A program made the translations under genes and the position numbers. From Gammaproteobacteria bacterium (GTDB lineage Bacteria; Pseudomonadota; Gammaproteobacteria; CAJXQU01), in the NCBI GenBank assembly GCA_965238175.1, contig CBDEGZ010000003.1:1792001-1856000 (forward strand): DNA of 64,000 bases, read 5' to 3'. Positions within the stretch are counted from its first letter, which is position 1, and each line of letters starts with the position of its first letter. Positions 10,956-20,748 of the stretch are shown piece by piece. The notes beneath the pieces are model-generated. The model made no database searches. It was not told the DNA's origin and worked only from the letters and a program-made list of their open reading frames with translations.

Positions 10956-11606
10956 CTATTGAAGCAAAGGTTCAAGTTCTTTCCATACTGTTTCAAGAAT
11001 AACAGCTTGTGCATGGGAATTAGGGTGAAATCTGTCTTGCTGCATCATGTCGGGATTTTCGCTCACGCCATCCAGTAGAAAAGGAACAAGTGGGATCTGA
11101 TTTTGTTCGGCCAGCTGGGAGTAGCTTTGTGCGAATTGTTCTGTGTAAGCTTTTCCATAGTTGGGCGGCAATTTCATACCGATCAATACTACGTCGCCAT
11201 AACAACGACAGTCATCGATCATTTTTTGCAAATTGGATCGCATTACCGAGAGTGACTGGCCACGTAAACCATCATTCGCGCCTAGCTCTATTATGCACAG
11301 ATCAGGTTTATGTTGATCAAGTAGCTTTTCTAGACGTGCCAGTCCGCCGGTGGTGGTTTCCCCAGAGATTGAAGCATTAACAACTTTCCAGTGAGACTTT
11401 TCTGGTGATTTTTGCAGGCGCTCCTCTAATAGTGTGACCCAACCTTGTTCTAATGAAATGCCATGCGCTGCGCTGAGGCTATCGCCATGAATGAATAGTG
11501 TCCTTGCTGAAACTGTTGTTGATAGAATAAGTCCCATAGCTATCACTATAGTCATCGTTATAAAATTCGAAAACAATTTAAAAAATAAACATCTAACTAA
11601 ATACAT
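10956..11606 (-). CDS. tesA: SGNH/GDSL arylesterase (thioesterase I)
   Basis: GDSLS, NASISG, ELGANDG and DRFHP blocks; divergent from ybbA as usual. The true start may be downstream. Confidence 0.88.
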   Translation of the reverse strand: MYLVRCLFFKLFSNFITMTIVIAMGLILSTTVSARTLFIHGDSLSAAHGISLEQGWVTLLEERLQKSPEKSHWKVVNASISGETTTGGLARLEKLLDQHKPDLCIIELGANDGLRGQSLSVMRSNLQKMIDDCRCYGDVVLIGMKLPPNYGKAYTEQFAQSYSQLAEQNQIPLVPFLLDGVSENPDMMQQDRFHPNSHAQAVILETVWKELEPLLQ

Positions 11607-11649
11607 ATCCGATTCTCAATTTTTTAATACTCAACTGACACTATAAAAT

Positions 11650-12330
11650 ATGGTCGAAGCAAATATTATTCAATGCCACAACGTTAACAAAGTTGTATCA
11701 ACAGCGGAAGGTCAACTAATCATTCTGGATGACATCTCATTTGGTATTTCAAAAGGTGAAACTGTCGCGATTGTTGGTCAGTCAGGTTCAGGTAAAACAA
11801 CATTGCTCAGTTTGCTTGCTGGTTTGGACCTGCCGACCACCGGTAGCGTTCGGTTATTCGATAAGAAGCTGGAATCGCTGGATGAAGATGCTCGGGCTGA
11901 GTTAAGAAATCAGTCTATCGGTTTTGTCTTCCAGGCGTTTCACTTGCTGCCCGGTTTTACCGCACTTGAGAATGTGATGGTGCCGATCGAAATTCAGGAC
12001 GATATCAATCCACAAGAGCGGGCAACGCAGTTATTAAAAGAAGTCGGTATGCAGCATCGTCTCGATCATTTTCCTACGACACTGTCTGGTGGCGAACAAC
12101 AACGGGTTGCGATTGCACGCGCTTTTGCTACTCAGCCACCGATGCTTCTTGCAGATGAACCTACCGGGAATCTTGATGCAGAAACTGGCCAGACGATTAT
12201 CGATTTGTTGTTTAAGTTGAATGCTGAGCAAGGCACGACATTGATCCTGGTTACGCATGATGAAGTACTTGCCTCCCGATGTTCTAGGCGTTTCAGGTTA
12301 GATAAAGGTCAATTGCAGGTTATTGAATGA
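11650..12330 (+). CDS. ybbA: ABC transporter ATP-binding protein (YbbA-like)
   Basis: GQSGSGKT, LSGGEQQR and LLADEPTGNLD motifs. Confidence 0.9.
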   Translation: MVEANIIQCHNVNKVVSTAEGQLIILDDISFGISKGETVAIVGQSGSGKTTLLSLLAGLDLPTTGSVRLFDKKLESLDEDARAELRNQSIGFVFQAFHLLPGFTALENVMVPIEIQDDINPQERATQLLKEVGMQHRLDHFPTTLSGGEQQRVAIARAFATQPPMLLADEPTGNLDAETGQTIIDLLFKLNAEQGTTLILVTHDEVLASRCSRRFRLDKGQLQVIE

Positions 12331-14825
12331 TCTCGACATTCTATTTGCGATTGATCAAGCGTCAGTGGCGTTTGGGGGCAGTACGATTATTCTGTTTGGC
12401 TGTCGCCATTGCCGTGGCAGTGACATTCAGTATTAATTTATTAAGTGATCGCCTGGAGCAATTATTTAACCAGCAAGCCAAAGAAGTGTTGGCTGCAGAT
12501 CAGGTTTTAGAGTCAACGACAGTATTAACATCTAGCCAAAAATTATTTCTAAATTCTTCAACGATAGAAAAGGCCGAAACGGTTGTTTTTCCAACCATGG
12601 CCAGCGCTGAAGATGAATTCTTACTGGTTAATCTGAAGGCTGTTTCAGAAGAATATCCATTACGAGGACAGTTGCGAATAGCCGATGCTTTGTTTGAAGA
12701 TCCTGTCCCGATCAAAACCGGACCTGAAGCAGGTAAAGCTTGGGTAGAAGATCGCGTACTTAATACATTGAATATCACGATAGGAGATCAACTCACTATC
12801 GGCGATCAGAAATTTGATGTAGAAAAAGTGCTCGTATATGAACCTGATCGAGGTGGTAGTTTTTACAGCTTCACACCGCGAGTGATGATGCATTTAGATG
12901 ATCTTGAAGCGACTGGTGTTATCCAACCGGCTAGTCGAGTGAAATACTATTATTTAATGGCTGGTAATGCTGAACTCCTTCAACAACTGCGTGATCAACT
13001 AACGTCTGAATTGCAAGCAAACCAACGTTTCTTGACCATAGATGACACTAATGCCACGTTAGCGACTACATTAGAGCGAGCATTTAGATTTTTATCTATT
13101 ACTGCGTTGATAGCTGTCTTGCTGGGAGCCGTTGGTGTGGCCTTGGTCAGCTATCAATATGCGCGTGAAATGACGCAGCCTTACGCCATTTTACGTTGCC
13201 TGGGTTTGCATGGAAAACGTCTAAAAATTTCAGTGATCTTGCCTTTGTCGATTTACACACTGGCAGCAATCCTATTTGGATTATTGATCGGATATGGCGC
13301 ACATTTATTGTTGTTGAACAGTCTAGGAGGTTTGTTACCTGATAATTTACCTGGCGCAACAATCAATCCGCTACTTATCTCCTGCTTAATGGCGTTAATT
13401 GTTGTGATCAGTTTTGCCTGGCCGTTTATCTCACAACTGCTGACAACATTGCCGAAGCAATTATTACATGCTGCAGAAGTGCAGCCTTTTCCTATTGTGC
13501 GAGCCTCAATGGGTATGTTGATAGGGATTCTGATTCTGGTGCAAATTGCCACACAAGAGTGGCGCTTAAGTTTTGGTGTCATCGGTGGAATGGCTGTTTT
13601 TGTCGCTCTAGCTTATGGCTTGACTCAGTGGATTATTAATCTATTAGTTAAGCATCGACAACGAAAGGGCAATGCTTATGCGAAGCTTGGCGCAAGGATG
13701 CTCAGTGCAAATCGGCGTATGGCGAGTTTGCAAATTATTGCGATTGGGATCACCTTCTTTGGTCTCGCACTGATCCAGACTCTGCGTGATGATCTACTTA
13801 CTACCTGGCAATCAAAAGTCCCGGAAAATGCACCAAATGTATTTGCGATGAATTTATTTGAAAGTGATAAAGAAGCCTTTCAGTCATTGTTGAAAAAAGA
13901 GCAGATTACGCATAGTCCTTTTTACCCGATTGTGCGTGGTCGCTTGACTGAAATCAATCAACAAGGCGTGCAGCGACGCGTGAGCAAAGAAGAAAGGGGA
14001 AATCGTGTGACAGAACGTGATCTGGCTTTAACGTTTAGCCAGGATTTACCCAAAGATAATTTGATCATAGAAGGCAGCTGGCATGCGCCGGTTAAAGAAA
14101 AAGATTCGCGATCTACCGTGCCTGTTTCAGTTGAAGCAAAATTAGCCGAACGTTTAGAAATAAAATTGGGTGACAGATTAGATTTCACTATTGCAACGCA
14201 ACGTTTGTCTGCTGTTGTTACCAGTCTTAGATCAGTCGAATGGGAATCTTTTACACCTAATTTTTATATGATGTTTCCACCAGGTGCTCTGGAAGGATTA
14301 CCTGTCACTTATTTAGCCAGTGTGCATCTGGAACGAGAACGAAGATCATTAATGGCTGACTGGATAAAGCAATTTCCTAACGTAGCATTTTTCGATGTGG
14401 ATTATCTACTAAAAAGAATACAAGGGATCACTCAACAGCTGAGTTTGGCCTTGCAAACCATTCTCTATTTTTCGTTGATTGCGAGCCTGGTTATTTTTAT
14501 TTCGATTGAATTAATCCTTTATCATTACCGAAGTTATAGCACCGCAATCTACAAAGCTTTAGGTGCAAAGACCAGCCTGATCCAGAAAATGTTTCGTTCA
14601 CAATTTATTCTGATCGGGTTGATCGCTGGTGGCATTGCTTATGGTCTTAACCTAATAACCAGTTTTCTTCTGAGTAAATATTTTATAGAAGGGGAAACGC
14701 AGATTAATATAAGCACGATTATTCTTTGTTTAGTGATCATACCATTGTTGGTTTTGATCGCGGGAATGATTTCTATTCAAAGAACGAAATCAGTATCGGC
14801 TAAGGAGTTGCTTGTTTCGGAGTGA
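12327..14825 (+). CDS. ybbP: ABC transporter FtsX-like permease (YbbP-like)
   Basis: 832 aa with YPLRG, APNVF, YPIVRGRL and WESFTPNF motifs; coupled to ybbA. Confidence 0.88.
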   Translation: MISTFYLRLIKRQWRLGAVRLFCLAVAIAVAVTFSINLLSDRLEQLFNQQAKEVLAADQVLESTTVLTSSQKLFLNSSTIEKAETVVFPTMASAEDEFLLVNLKAVSEEYPLRGQLRIADALFEDPVPIKTGPEAGKAWVEDRVLNTLNITIGDQLTIGDQKFDVEKVLVYEPDRGGSFYSFTPRVMMHLDDLEATGVIQPASRVKYYYLMAGNAELLQQLRDQLTSELQANQRFLTIDDTNATLATTLERAFRFLSITALIAVLLGAVGVALVSYQYAREMTQPYAILRCLGLHGKRLKISVILPLSIYTLAAILFGLLIGYGAHLLLLNSLGGLLPDNLPGATINPLLISCLMALIVVISFAWPFISQLLTTLPKQLLHAAEVQPFPIVRASMGMLIGILILVQIATQEWRLSFGVIGGMAVFVALAYGLTQWIINLLVKHRQRKGNAYAKLGARMLSANRRMASLQIIAIGITFFGLALIQTLRDDLLTTWQSKVPENAPNVFAMNLFESDKEAFQSLLKKEQITHSPFYPIVRGRLTEINQQGVQRRVSKEERGNRVTERDLALTFSQDLPKDNLIIEGSWHAPVKEKDSRSTVPVSVEAKLAERLEIKLGDRLDFTIATQRLSAVVTSLRSVEWESFTPNFYMMFPPGALEGLPVTYLASVHLERERRSLMADWIKQFPNVAFFDVDYLLKRIQGITQQLSLALQTILYFSLIASLVIFISIELILYHYRSYSTAIYKALGAKTSLIQKMFRSQFILIGLIAGGIAYGLNLITSFLLSKYFIEGETQINISTIILCLVIIPLLVLIAGMISIQRTKSVSAKELLVSE

Positions 14826-14829
14826 ACTG
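14631..14829 (+). repeat. Copy 1 of an imperfect direct repeat (ybbP last 65 codons plus ACTG)
   Basis: Ungapped match to 15675-15873; 22 mismatches over the 195 coding nt by manual count. Confidence 0.95.
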
Positions 14830-14832
14830 AGG

Positions 14833-15543
14833 TTATTTGGGTTTTTTCGCGATCAAATTAATCAGTGTTTCTTCACGTTCCAATGGTGGTTTGATACCGA
14901 ACCAGTTTTCTAGAATTGCGAAGTCTTCACGACTCCACCATAAAAATGGATAGGATATCTGATCTTCCGATATTTCAAACCCTGCATCTTTGATAAGTTG
15001 TATATATTCACTAGCAGTTTTTTGTACACTCATGGGATGTCGGAATAAAAGCCGAATAACCCATGAATGAATATAGCGTTTGGTGGATTCAGCAAAGAGT
15101 AATACACCACCGGGTTTTAAGATTCTAAAATATTCCTTCATTGCTTCGGTTTGGTAAATCAAATGGTGAAAAGTCTGATGACAGAAAAGCATATCGACTG
15201 AACTATCCTCGAGTTGAATCATTGAGCTGGAGCATCGTACATAGGTTACGTTGTCCAGCCCATTTAGTTTGGCCTCTTGGGCGCAAGCGGTTAATATTTC
15301 CTTATCTATATCGATCGCGATTAATTTTTCTGGATTAAACCGTTTATTCAGTTTTTTTAATGAACGCCCATAACCACAACCCACATCGGCAATGACTGGG
15401 TAGTTTGGATTGTCTTTCATCAGCAAACGTGAAAGGTCTTTTAAAGCAACTTCGATCACCTGATCTGTCCAGGTTTTACTGCGTAAAAACCATTTTCCAA
15501 ATGTTGATTCCGGTACGTGTGCTTCAGCTAATACATTATTCAT
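14833..15543 (-). CDS. Class I SAM-dependent methyltransferase
   Basis: IADVGCGYG motif I, SSVDMLFCHQTFHH and RILKPGG. Confidence 0.88.
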   Translation of the reverse strand: MNNVLAEAHVPESTFGKWFLRSKTWTDQVIEVALKDLSRLLMKDNPNYPVIADVGCGYGRSLKKLNKRFNPEKLIAIDIDKEILTACAQEAKLNGLDNVTYVRCSSSMIQLEDSSVDMLFCHQTFHHLIYQTEAMKEYFRILKPGGVLLFAESTKRYIHSWVIRLLFRHPMSVQKTASEYIQLIKDAGFEISEDQISYPFLWWSREDFAILENWFGIKPPLEREETLINLIAKKPK

Positions 15544-15674
15544 TCGTTGTTTATTATTCTATCCATAAAGTTTCTTGAGCTTCATGGGAAACATGAGCTG
15601 CTAAAAAAGTAGGCTATCATATTTTTATCTGGCTTAATCTGCAAATGGTCTTGAATTGGTTGTTAGTTTTACGT

Positions 15675-15873
15675 GGGATTGTTTATAGCCTTAATCTCTT
15701 AACCAGTTTTCTACTGAGTAAATATTTTATAGAGGGGGAAACGCAGATTAATATAACCACGATTGCTCTCTGTCTGGCGATCACACCATTGTTGGTTTTG
15801 ATCGCGGGAATGATTTCTTCTCAAAGAACTAAATCAGTATCGGCTAAGGAATTGCTTGTTTCGGAATGAACTG
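15675..15873 (+). pseudogene. Copy 2: orphan duplicate of the ybbP 3' end
   Basis: Encodes ...SFLLSKYFIEGETQINI...QRTKSVSAKELLVSE, the same C-terminus as YbbP; about 89% nt identity. Confidence 0.9.
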
Positions 15874-15961
15874 TGCTTCAAGTTTCTTTATATAAAAAAC
15901 TATATCATTCTGATCTGTTTCATAGATCTGATTAGAGTAGTGTAATCAGACCTGCTATGCA

Positions 15962-17089
15962 TTAACTCAATAATCCTTCCAAAATCCTCTCATAAATCTC
16001 AGTCAACTTATCCAAATCGTCAACAGCAACGCATTCATTCACTTTATGGATTGTGGCATTCAAAGGACCGAGTTCGACAACTTGAGCACCGGTGGGGGCG
16101 ATGAAGCGTCCGTCGGATGTACCGCCAGCGGTGGAGAGTTTTGTTTCATAACCCATGACATTTTTGATCGCAGATTGAGTGGCTTCGACTAGTTTTCCAG
16201 CAGGTGTGAGGAAAGCTTGGCCGGAGCAACGCCATGTGATCTCATAATCCAGTTTATGTTTGTCCAGAATTGTGCACAGTCGTTGTTTTAGTTGATCAAT
16301 AGTCACTTCTGTACAAAACCTAAAGTTACACATAACAAATGCATCTCCGGGAATGACATTTTCAACACCCGTGCCAGATTGTATATTTGAGATTTGGAAG
16401 GAGGTTGGTGGATAAAATTCATTACCATCATCCCAGATTTCTTGCTCTAATTCCCGTAGGGCTGGGAGCATTTCATGTACCGGGTTTTTTGCCAGATGCG
16501 GATAAGCAACATGGCCTTGAATTCCCTTGAAGGTAATATCTGCACTGAGTGATCCGCGGCGGCCATTTTTGACGACATCGGCGAGTTTTTGATCGCTGGA
16601 GGGTTCTCCAACCAGGCACCAGGTGATCTTTTCGTTTCGAGCTTCCAGTGTTTCTATGACTTTGACGGTTCCTTCTGTCGCAACACCTTCTTCATCGCTG
16701 GTGATCAAAAAAGCGATAGATCCCTCTGGTTTAGGATTGTTTTTTAAGAATTGATCTACAGCTATGACCATCGCTGCAATGCTACTTTTCATATCTGCTG
16801 CACCGCGTGCGTAGAGCATCCCATCTTCAATGGTGGGTTCAAATGGATCAAATTTCCACGCTTCAACTGGGCCGGTTGGGACAACATCTGTATGACCTGC
16901 GAAAGCAAAAACTGGCGCTTCTGTTCCAAAACGTGCCCAGAGGTTATCAACCTTTCCAAAGCGCAGATGTTCGCATTTAAAGCCAAGCGCTGTCAGGCGT
17001 TCTGCGAGCATTTGTTGGCAGCCGTCGTCTTCAGGCGTTAGTGATTGACGACGGAGTAAATCAAGCGTGAGATCTAGTGTTTCGTTCAT
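15962..17089 (-). CDS. dapE: Succinyl-diaminopimelate desuccinylase
   Basis: [28 protein letters not shown] and GGTSDGRF motifs. Confidence 0.97.
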   Translation of the reverse strand: MNETLDLTLDLLRRQSLTPEDDGCQQMLAERLTALGFKCEHLRFGKVDNLWARFGTEAPVFAFAGHTDVVPTGPVEAWKFDPFEPTIEDGMLYARGAADMKSSIAAMVIAVDQFLKNNPKPEGSIAFLITSDEEGVATEGTVKVIETLEARNEKITWCLVGEPSSDQKLADVVKNGRRGSLSADITFKGIQGHVAYPHLAKNPVHEMLPALRELEQEIWDDGNEFYPPTSFQISNIQSGTGVENVIPGDAFVMCNFRFCTEVTIDQLKQRLCTILDKHKLDYEITWRCSGQAFLTPAGKLVEATQSAIKNVMGYETKLSTAGGTSDGRFIAPTGAQVVELGPLNATIHKVNECVAVDDLDKLTEIYERILEGLLS

Positions 17090-17161
17090 GGTTACCTCAA
17101 TAGATACGGATTTTTATTAATGTGTTTCTAATTAACCGACAACAAGTAATAGGTGAGAAAT

Positions 17162-18052
17162 TTACTCATCTTTCTCATCAATAATATTTGCAAAAGCGAG
17201 CAATATTCCTAAATTATTATTATTCATTCCTTCTATTAAAGTTGAAATTGGTAATGTAATTGAGTGACCATTGTCTTTGTTATTAAAGGTGATTGTTTTA
17301 CCCTCTTGCTCAATCGTAAAGAAGGATGGGACATCACGATTTAGTTTTTCAAGAAGCTTTTCTAATAAGGAGTCCTTCTTAAGTTTTTTTGCTATTAACT
17401 TAGCAATTTCTGTCGGTGTGTATGAGTTGGCATCTATATAACCAATAGTAGTGGTTATTCCTGGGATCTCAGTATCATCGATTCGAATCGGCAAGATATA
17501 CTCGCTCTGTTCCTCAAAAGCTCTCGCTTGAGCAGATTTGCGTTCATGGTTAGTCCATAGCTTTTCTTTATAGTGGTTCGAAAGGAACATCACACAATAC
17601 TTGGATTTCACTCGATAAACTTCATCAAGATGTGTATATAGATCTTTGCCCCATAGTGTATGTGTTTCATATGAGTCGTAAAAAACCTCAATATCATATG
17701 CTTTTAGTATTCCGACGATTTCAATAACGAGTTCACGATCCTCACCTGCAAATGATAAGGCAACATCATAATCAAAGACTTTTGGAGTGGGTGGTTTAGA
17801 TTGATTGACTATTTGTGTATGTAAATTTTGAAAATTCTCCCAAGTGATCTCTTCAGAAAAATTTATTTTATATTTTTTATTTTCCAATGCGGTGAGAATG
17901 TTTGTTACTACCCATTTTTTGCTTATGTACGTAGTAACTGAGCTTTTTGCCCATCCCGTACAATTTACAATATCCTCAGTATTTACAATCTTTCCATTAT
18001 TCTCTTTCAGAAATTCGTAGGCTAATCTGACTTTATCCCATTTTGTACTCAT
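17162..18052 (-). CDS. TIR domain protein with N-terminal putative winged-helix domain
   Basis: YDVALSFAGEDR...EVFYD...WG...CVMFLS.HY..KLWTNHE...YILPIRIDD is a bacterial TIR domain with the catalytic Glu. The N-terminal ~80 aa (AYEFLK...EDIVNCTGWAKSSVTTYISKKW) look HTH-like. Confidence 0.85.
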   Translation of the reverse strand: MSTKWDKVRLAYEFLKENNGKIVNTEDIVNCTGWAKSSVTTYISKKWVVTNILTALENKKYKINFSEEITWENFQNLHTQIVNQSKPPTPKVFDYDVALSFAGEDRELVIEIVGILKAYDIEVFYDSYETHTLWGKDLYTHLDEVYRVKSKYCVMFLSNHYKEKLWTNHERKSAQARAFEEQSEYILPIRIDDTEIPGITTTIGYIDANSYTPTEIAKLIAKKLKKDSLLEKLLEKLNRDVPSFFTIEQEGKTITFNNKDNGHSITLPISTLIEGMNNNNLGILLAFANIIDEKDE

Positions 18053-18056
18053 ACAA

Positions 18057-18548
18057 CTATCGAATAGTCTGATTAATCCATCTTACGAAGTCTGAAATAT
18101 TCATCAACTGAACCTTGTTAATCTTATCTGCGGGGATGTACTTGTTTGTTTCGCAGGCTTTTCTAAGCCACTCAATAGCCCCATCTTTTGCTCCACCACC
18201 ATCTATGATTATAAACACATTTTCTTCAGGCATCTGCTCAATACAGTTCAGATAAACGTATGGAAATTTTTCATCGACTGAACCTTTCGATTGTTGCCAT
18301 TTGCATTCAATTCTTACTTCAAAGGAATAGTGTTCTGATTTTAATACAAACTCGCTTTTACTGTTATGACCATAAATACTATCGTAAGGGACATTTTTCA
18401 ATAACAGTTCACTACCGTATTTGGTTGGGTTTTTTATATATTCTCTGTAAGGGACGCAAGTGAAGCCTTTATTTGAAAGTGAGTCCTCAATGATCCGTTC
18501 GAGGGTCTTTCCTGCTTCAACTGCAAGTCCGCCCTGGCTAGTTGTCAT
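18057..18548 (-). CDS. PD-(D/E)XK superfamily nuclease (putative restriction endonuclease)
   Basis: GKTLE helix Glu, SEFVL, IECKWQQSKGSVDEK (ExK plus Q..GS.DEK motif), IIIDGGG; adjacent to dam. Confidence 0.78.
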   Translation of the reverse strand: MTTSQGGLAVEAGKTLERIIEDSLSNKGFTCVPYREYIKNPTKYGSELLLKNVPYDSIYGHNSKSEFVLKSEHYSFEVRIECKWQQSKGSVDEKFPYVYLNCIEQMPEENVFIIIDGGGAKDGAIEWLRKACETNKYIPADKINKVQLMNISDFVRWINQTIR

Positions 18549-18554
18549 AATTTA

Positions 18555-19373
18555 CTAATCTCCACGATCAAAAACAGCGATCAGTTCATCTGCTTTTTTA
18601 CGATTATTCTTATCTTGGCTGATATAGCGCTGTACTTGGAAAGTTGTGATTTTTGCCTCTTTGTATAATTCCCTTATCTCTGGTGTATTGTGGTTTGAGA
18701 TTACGACGCGGATCCCTCTGGAGGCCAGTTTTATTGCTGACTTAGCAAGATCTTCCTGTTTGTCCCAACCAAAACCACCAGTGCTGTAATCGGTGAAGCT
18801 TGCTGTTTTACTAAGCGGCGTATAGGGAGGATCACAATACACAACGTCTATATTTTTACGGGCTTTTTTCATCGTTGTCAGGAAATCAGCCGAAATGAAT
18901 TCCGCATGTTTACTTTTATCTACAAAAGCTTTCATGGCTTGTTCGGGAAATAGGGGGGTTTTATAGCGTCCAAAAGGGCTGTTGAATCCTCCACTTCCGT
19001 TATATCGACAAAGGCCGTTATAGCAATGTCTATTCAGATAGATAAATAAAGCAGCTTTCAGACGTATATCATTACTTTTATTAAAGACCGCACGAAAACT
19101 GTAGTATGCATCAGCAGTATTGCATTCGGGTTGAAAAAAACTGCGTGCGTATTCAATAAAATTATCGCTATCTTGGCATAAAATTTTATACAAATTGATC
19201 AGATCAGAATTGTTATCTGCCAGGATATATTTCTTGTAGGGTGCGTTAAGAAAAACTGCACCAGAACCTAAAAAAGGTTCAATGAGACGTTTTCCTGGCC
19301 CCAATTCATTACATATCCTTTCTATGAGACGGTATTTACCGCCAGGCCATTTTAGAAATGGTTTTGATGACAT
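18555..19373 (-). CDS. dam: Dam-family N6-adenine DNA methyltransferase (predicted GATC)
   Basis: LKWPGGK, EPFLGSG, YLNRHCYNGLCRYN..GGFNSPFGRY (Dam GATC-recognition hairpin) and YCDPPY. Confidence 0.93.
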   Translation of the reverse strand: MSSKPFLKWPGGKYRLIERICNELGPGKRLIEPFLGSGAVFLNAPYKKYILADNNSDLINLYKILCQDSDNFIEYARSFFQPECNTADAYYSFRAVFNKSNDIRLKAALFIYLNRHCYNGLCRYNGSGGFNSPFGRYKTPLFPEQAMKAFVDKSKHAEFISADFLTTMKKARKNIDVVYCDPPYTPLSKTASFTDYSTGGFGWDKQEDLAKSAIKLASRGIRVVISNHNTPEIRELYKEAKITTFQVQRYISQDKNNRKKADELIAVFDRGD

Positions 19374-19645
19374 TATTTTTGTTCTTCTGGGGTTTTAGCC
19401 TTGATACTGAGTGCGTGAATATCGGTTTGCATAAGATCGGTGACTGCTTCGTAGATCATTTTATGCCTTTTGATCAATGATTGACCGGAGAACTGATCAG
19501 AAACAATCAGTACATTAAAATGGCCTTTGCCATCTTTTGCACCAGCGTGGCCAGCATGTAGATGACTTTCATCAATGATGTCTAGTTGATCTGGTGTGAA
19601 AGCAGATTCCAACTTTTCCCGGATCATCTCAACCCGTTCACTCAT
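19373..19645 (-). CDS. bolA: BolA family protein
   Basis: DESHLHAGH, GHF, KRHKMIY and IHALSI motifs. Confidence 0.93.
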   Translation of the reverse strand: MSERVEMIREKLESAFTPDQLDIIDESHLHAGHAGAKDGKGHFNVLIVSDQFSGQSLIKRHKMIYEAVTDLMQTDIHALSIKAKTPEEQK

Positions 19646-19944
19646 TATAGGTCTACTTTTTTAAATGGCTTAACGGTTACTTTTTGATAGACACCGGCTT
19701 TAAGGTAAGGATCTGCATCTGCCCATGTTTGAGCATCTGCAAGTGAATCGAACTGCGCGACGATCAAACTACCGGTAAAACCTGCTTTGCCGGGATCTTC
19801 ACTATCTATAGCAGGGTGGGGGCCAACCAATAAAACGCGCTCTTCTTCATTAAGCTTTTTCAGGCGTTCGATATGCGCAGGGCGAGTTTTCATACGAAGC
19901 TCAAGGCTGTTTTCGATATCTTCACTGATAATGGCGTAATACAT
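19645..19944 (-). CDS. yciI: YciI family protein
   Basis: RPAH, GPHPAIDSEDPG..GFTGSL and ADPY motifs. Confidence 0.93.
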   Translation of the reverse strand: MYYAIISEDIENSLELRMKTRPAHIERLKKLNEEERVLLVGPHPAIDSEDPGKAGFTGSLIVAQFDSLADAQTWADADPYLKAGVYQKVTVKPFKKVDL

Positions 19945-19948
19945 TTTT

Positions 19949-20530
19949 CTATTCCTCGTTTGAATCTTTACTTGCTACTGTTTCAGGTTCTTCTTGAATA
20001 TAACGTGATAAGTACACGGCTTGAGCGATGACAAATGCGATGGTCAGACCAAGAATTCCGAACAGTTTGAAGTTGACCCAGGTTTCTGTCTCGTAATTAA
20101 ATGCGACGTAAAGGTTTGCGCAACCGGAGAGGAAGAAAAATACCACCCATGCAAAGTTCAATTTCCTCCAAACGTGTTCTGGTAGTTCAACTTGTTCACC
20201 CATCATTCTTTTAATGATGGTTTTTTCTCCAAAGAATTGGCTACCTAGAAAAACGGCTGCGAAAAGCCAGTTAACGACTGTTGGTTTCCATTTGATAAAT
20301 CTTTCGTCTTGGAAAATGAGGGTTGCCCCACCAAGGACGACAATTAATCCCATGGTGATCAAATGCATTTTTTCGACTTTGCGATGCTTTAACCAGGAGT
20401 AGCTGACTTGCGCGATAGAAGCAATTATGGCAATGACGGTTGCCAGCATGATCCCATCTTGTGGATCTTCAGGGATCTTAAATGCGATAAAAAATAGCAG
20501 GATAGGTAAAAAGTCGAAAAGAAATTTCAT
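19949..20530 (-). CDS. yciB: Inner membrane septation protein YciB/IspZ
   Basis: FDFLPILLFF, FIKWKPT and WVNFKLFG motifs. Confidence 0.95.
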   Translation of the reverse strand: MKFLFDFLPILLFFIAFKIPEDPQDGIMLATVIAIIASIAQVSYSWLKHRKVEKMHLITMGLIVVLGGATLIFQDERFIKWKPTVVNWLFAAVFLGSQFFGEKTIIKRMMGEQVELPEHVWRKLNFAWVVFFFLSGCANLYVAFNYETETWVNFKLFGILGLTIAFVIAQAVYLSRYIQEEPETVASKDSNEE

Positions 20531-20680
20531 AGAGATATTTGAAGCCAGTTTTATAGAGAATTATTAGTGCGCTGATTCTAGCGGAATTTATTTAAATTCA
20601 CTATCTATGTGGATTAAATCATTTGTTAAGTACTCAGTACAAAGCTATAAATAAGAATAATTATTAATTGCAAACGCAAA

Positions 20681-20700
20681 CGACAATAGTTATCATTAGT
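20681..20700 (+). promoter_or_regulatory. Putative Fur box
   Basis: CGACAAT-A-GTTATCA matches 11/14 of the 7-1-7 TGATAAT-n-ATTATCA. GACAATAGTTATCATTAGT matches 13/19 of the classical box. It lies about 50 bp upstream of 20749. Confidence 0.6.
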
Positions 20701-20748
20701 AGAGTGATTATAAATTAATACGCAAATATAAGAACTTGGGAGAAAGTA

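Noticed and set aside
14631-15873. Diversity-generating retroelement TR/VR pair
   Set aside because: Mismatches are not confined to adenines and many are synonymous; there is no reverse transcriptase in the window.
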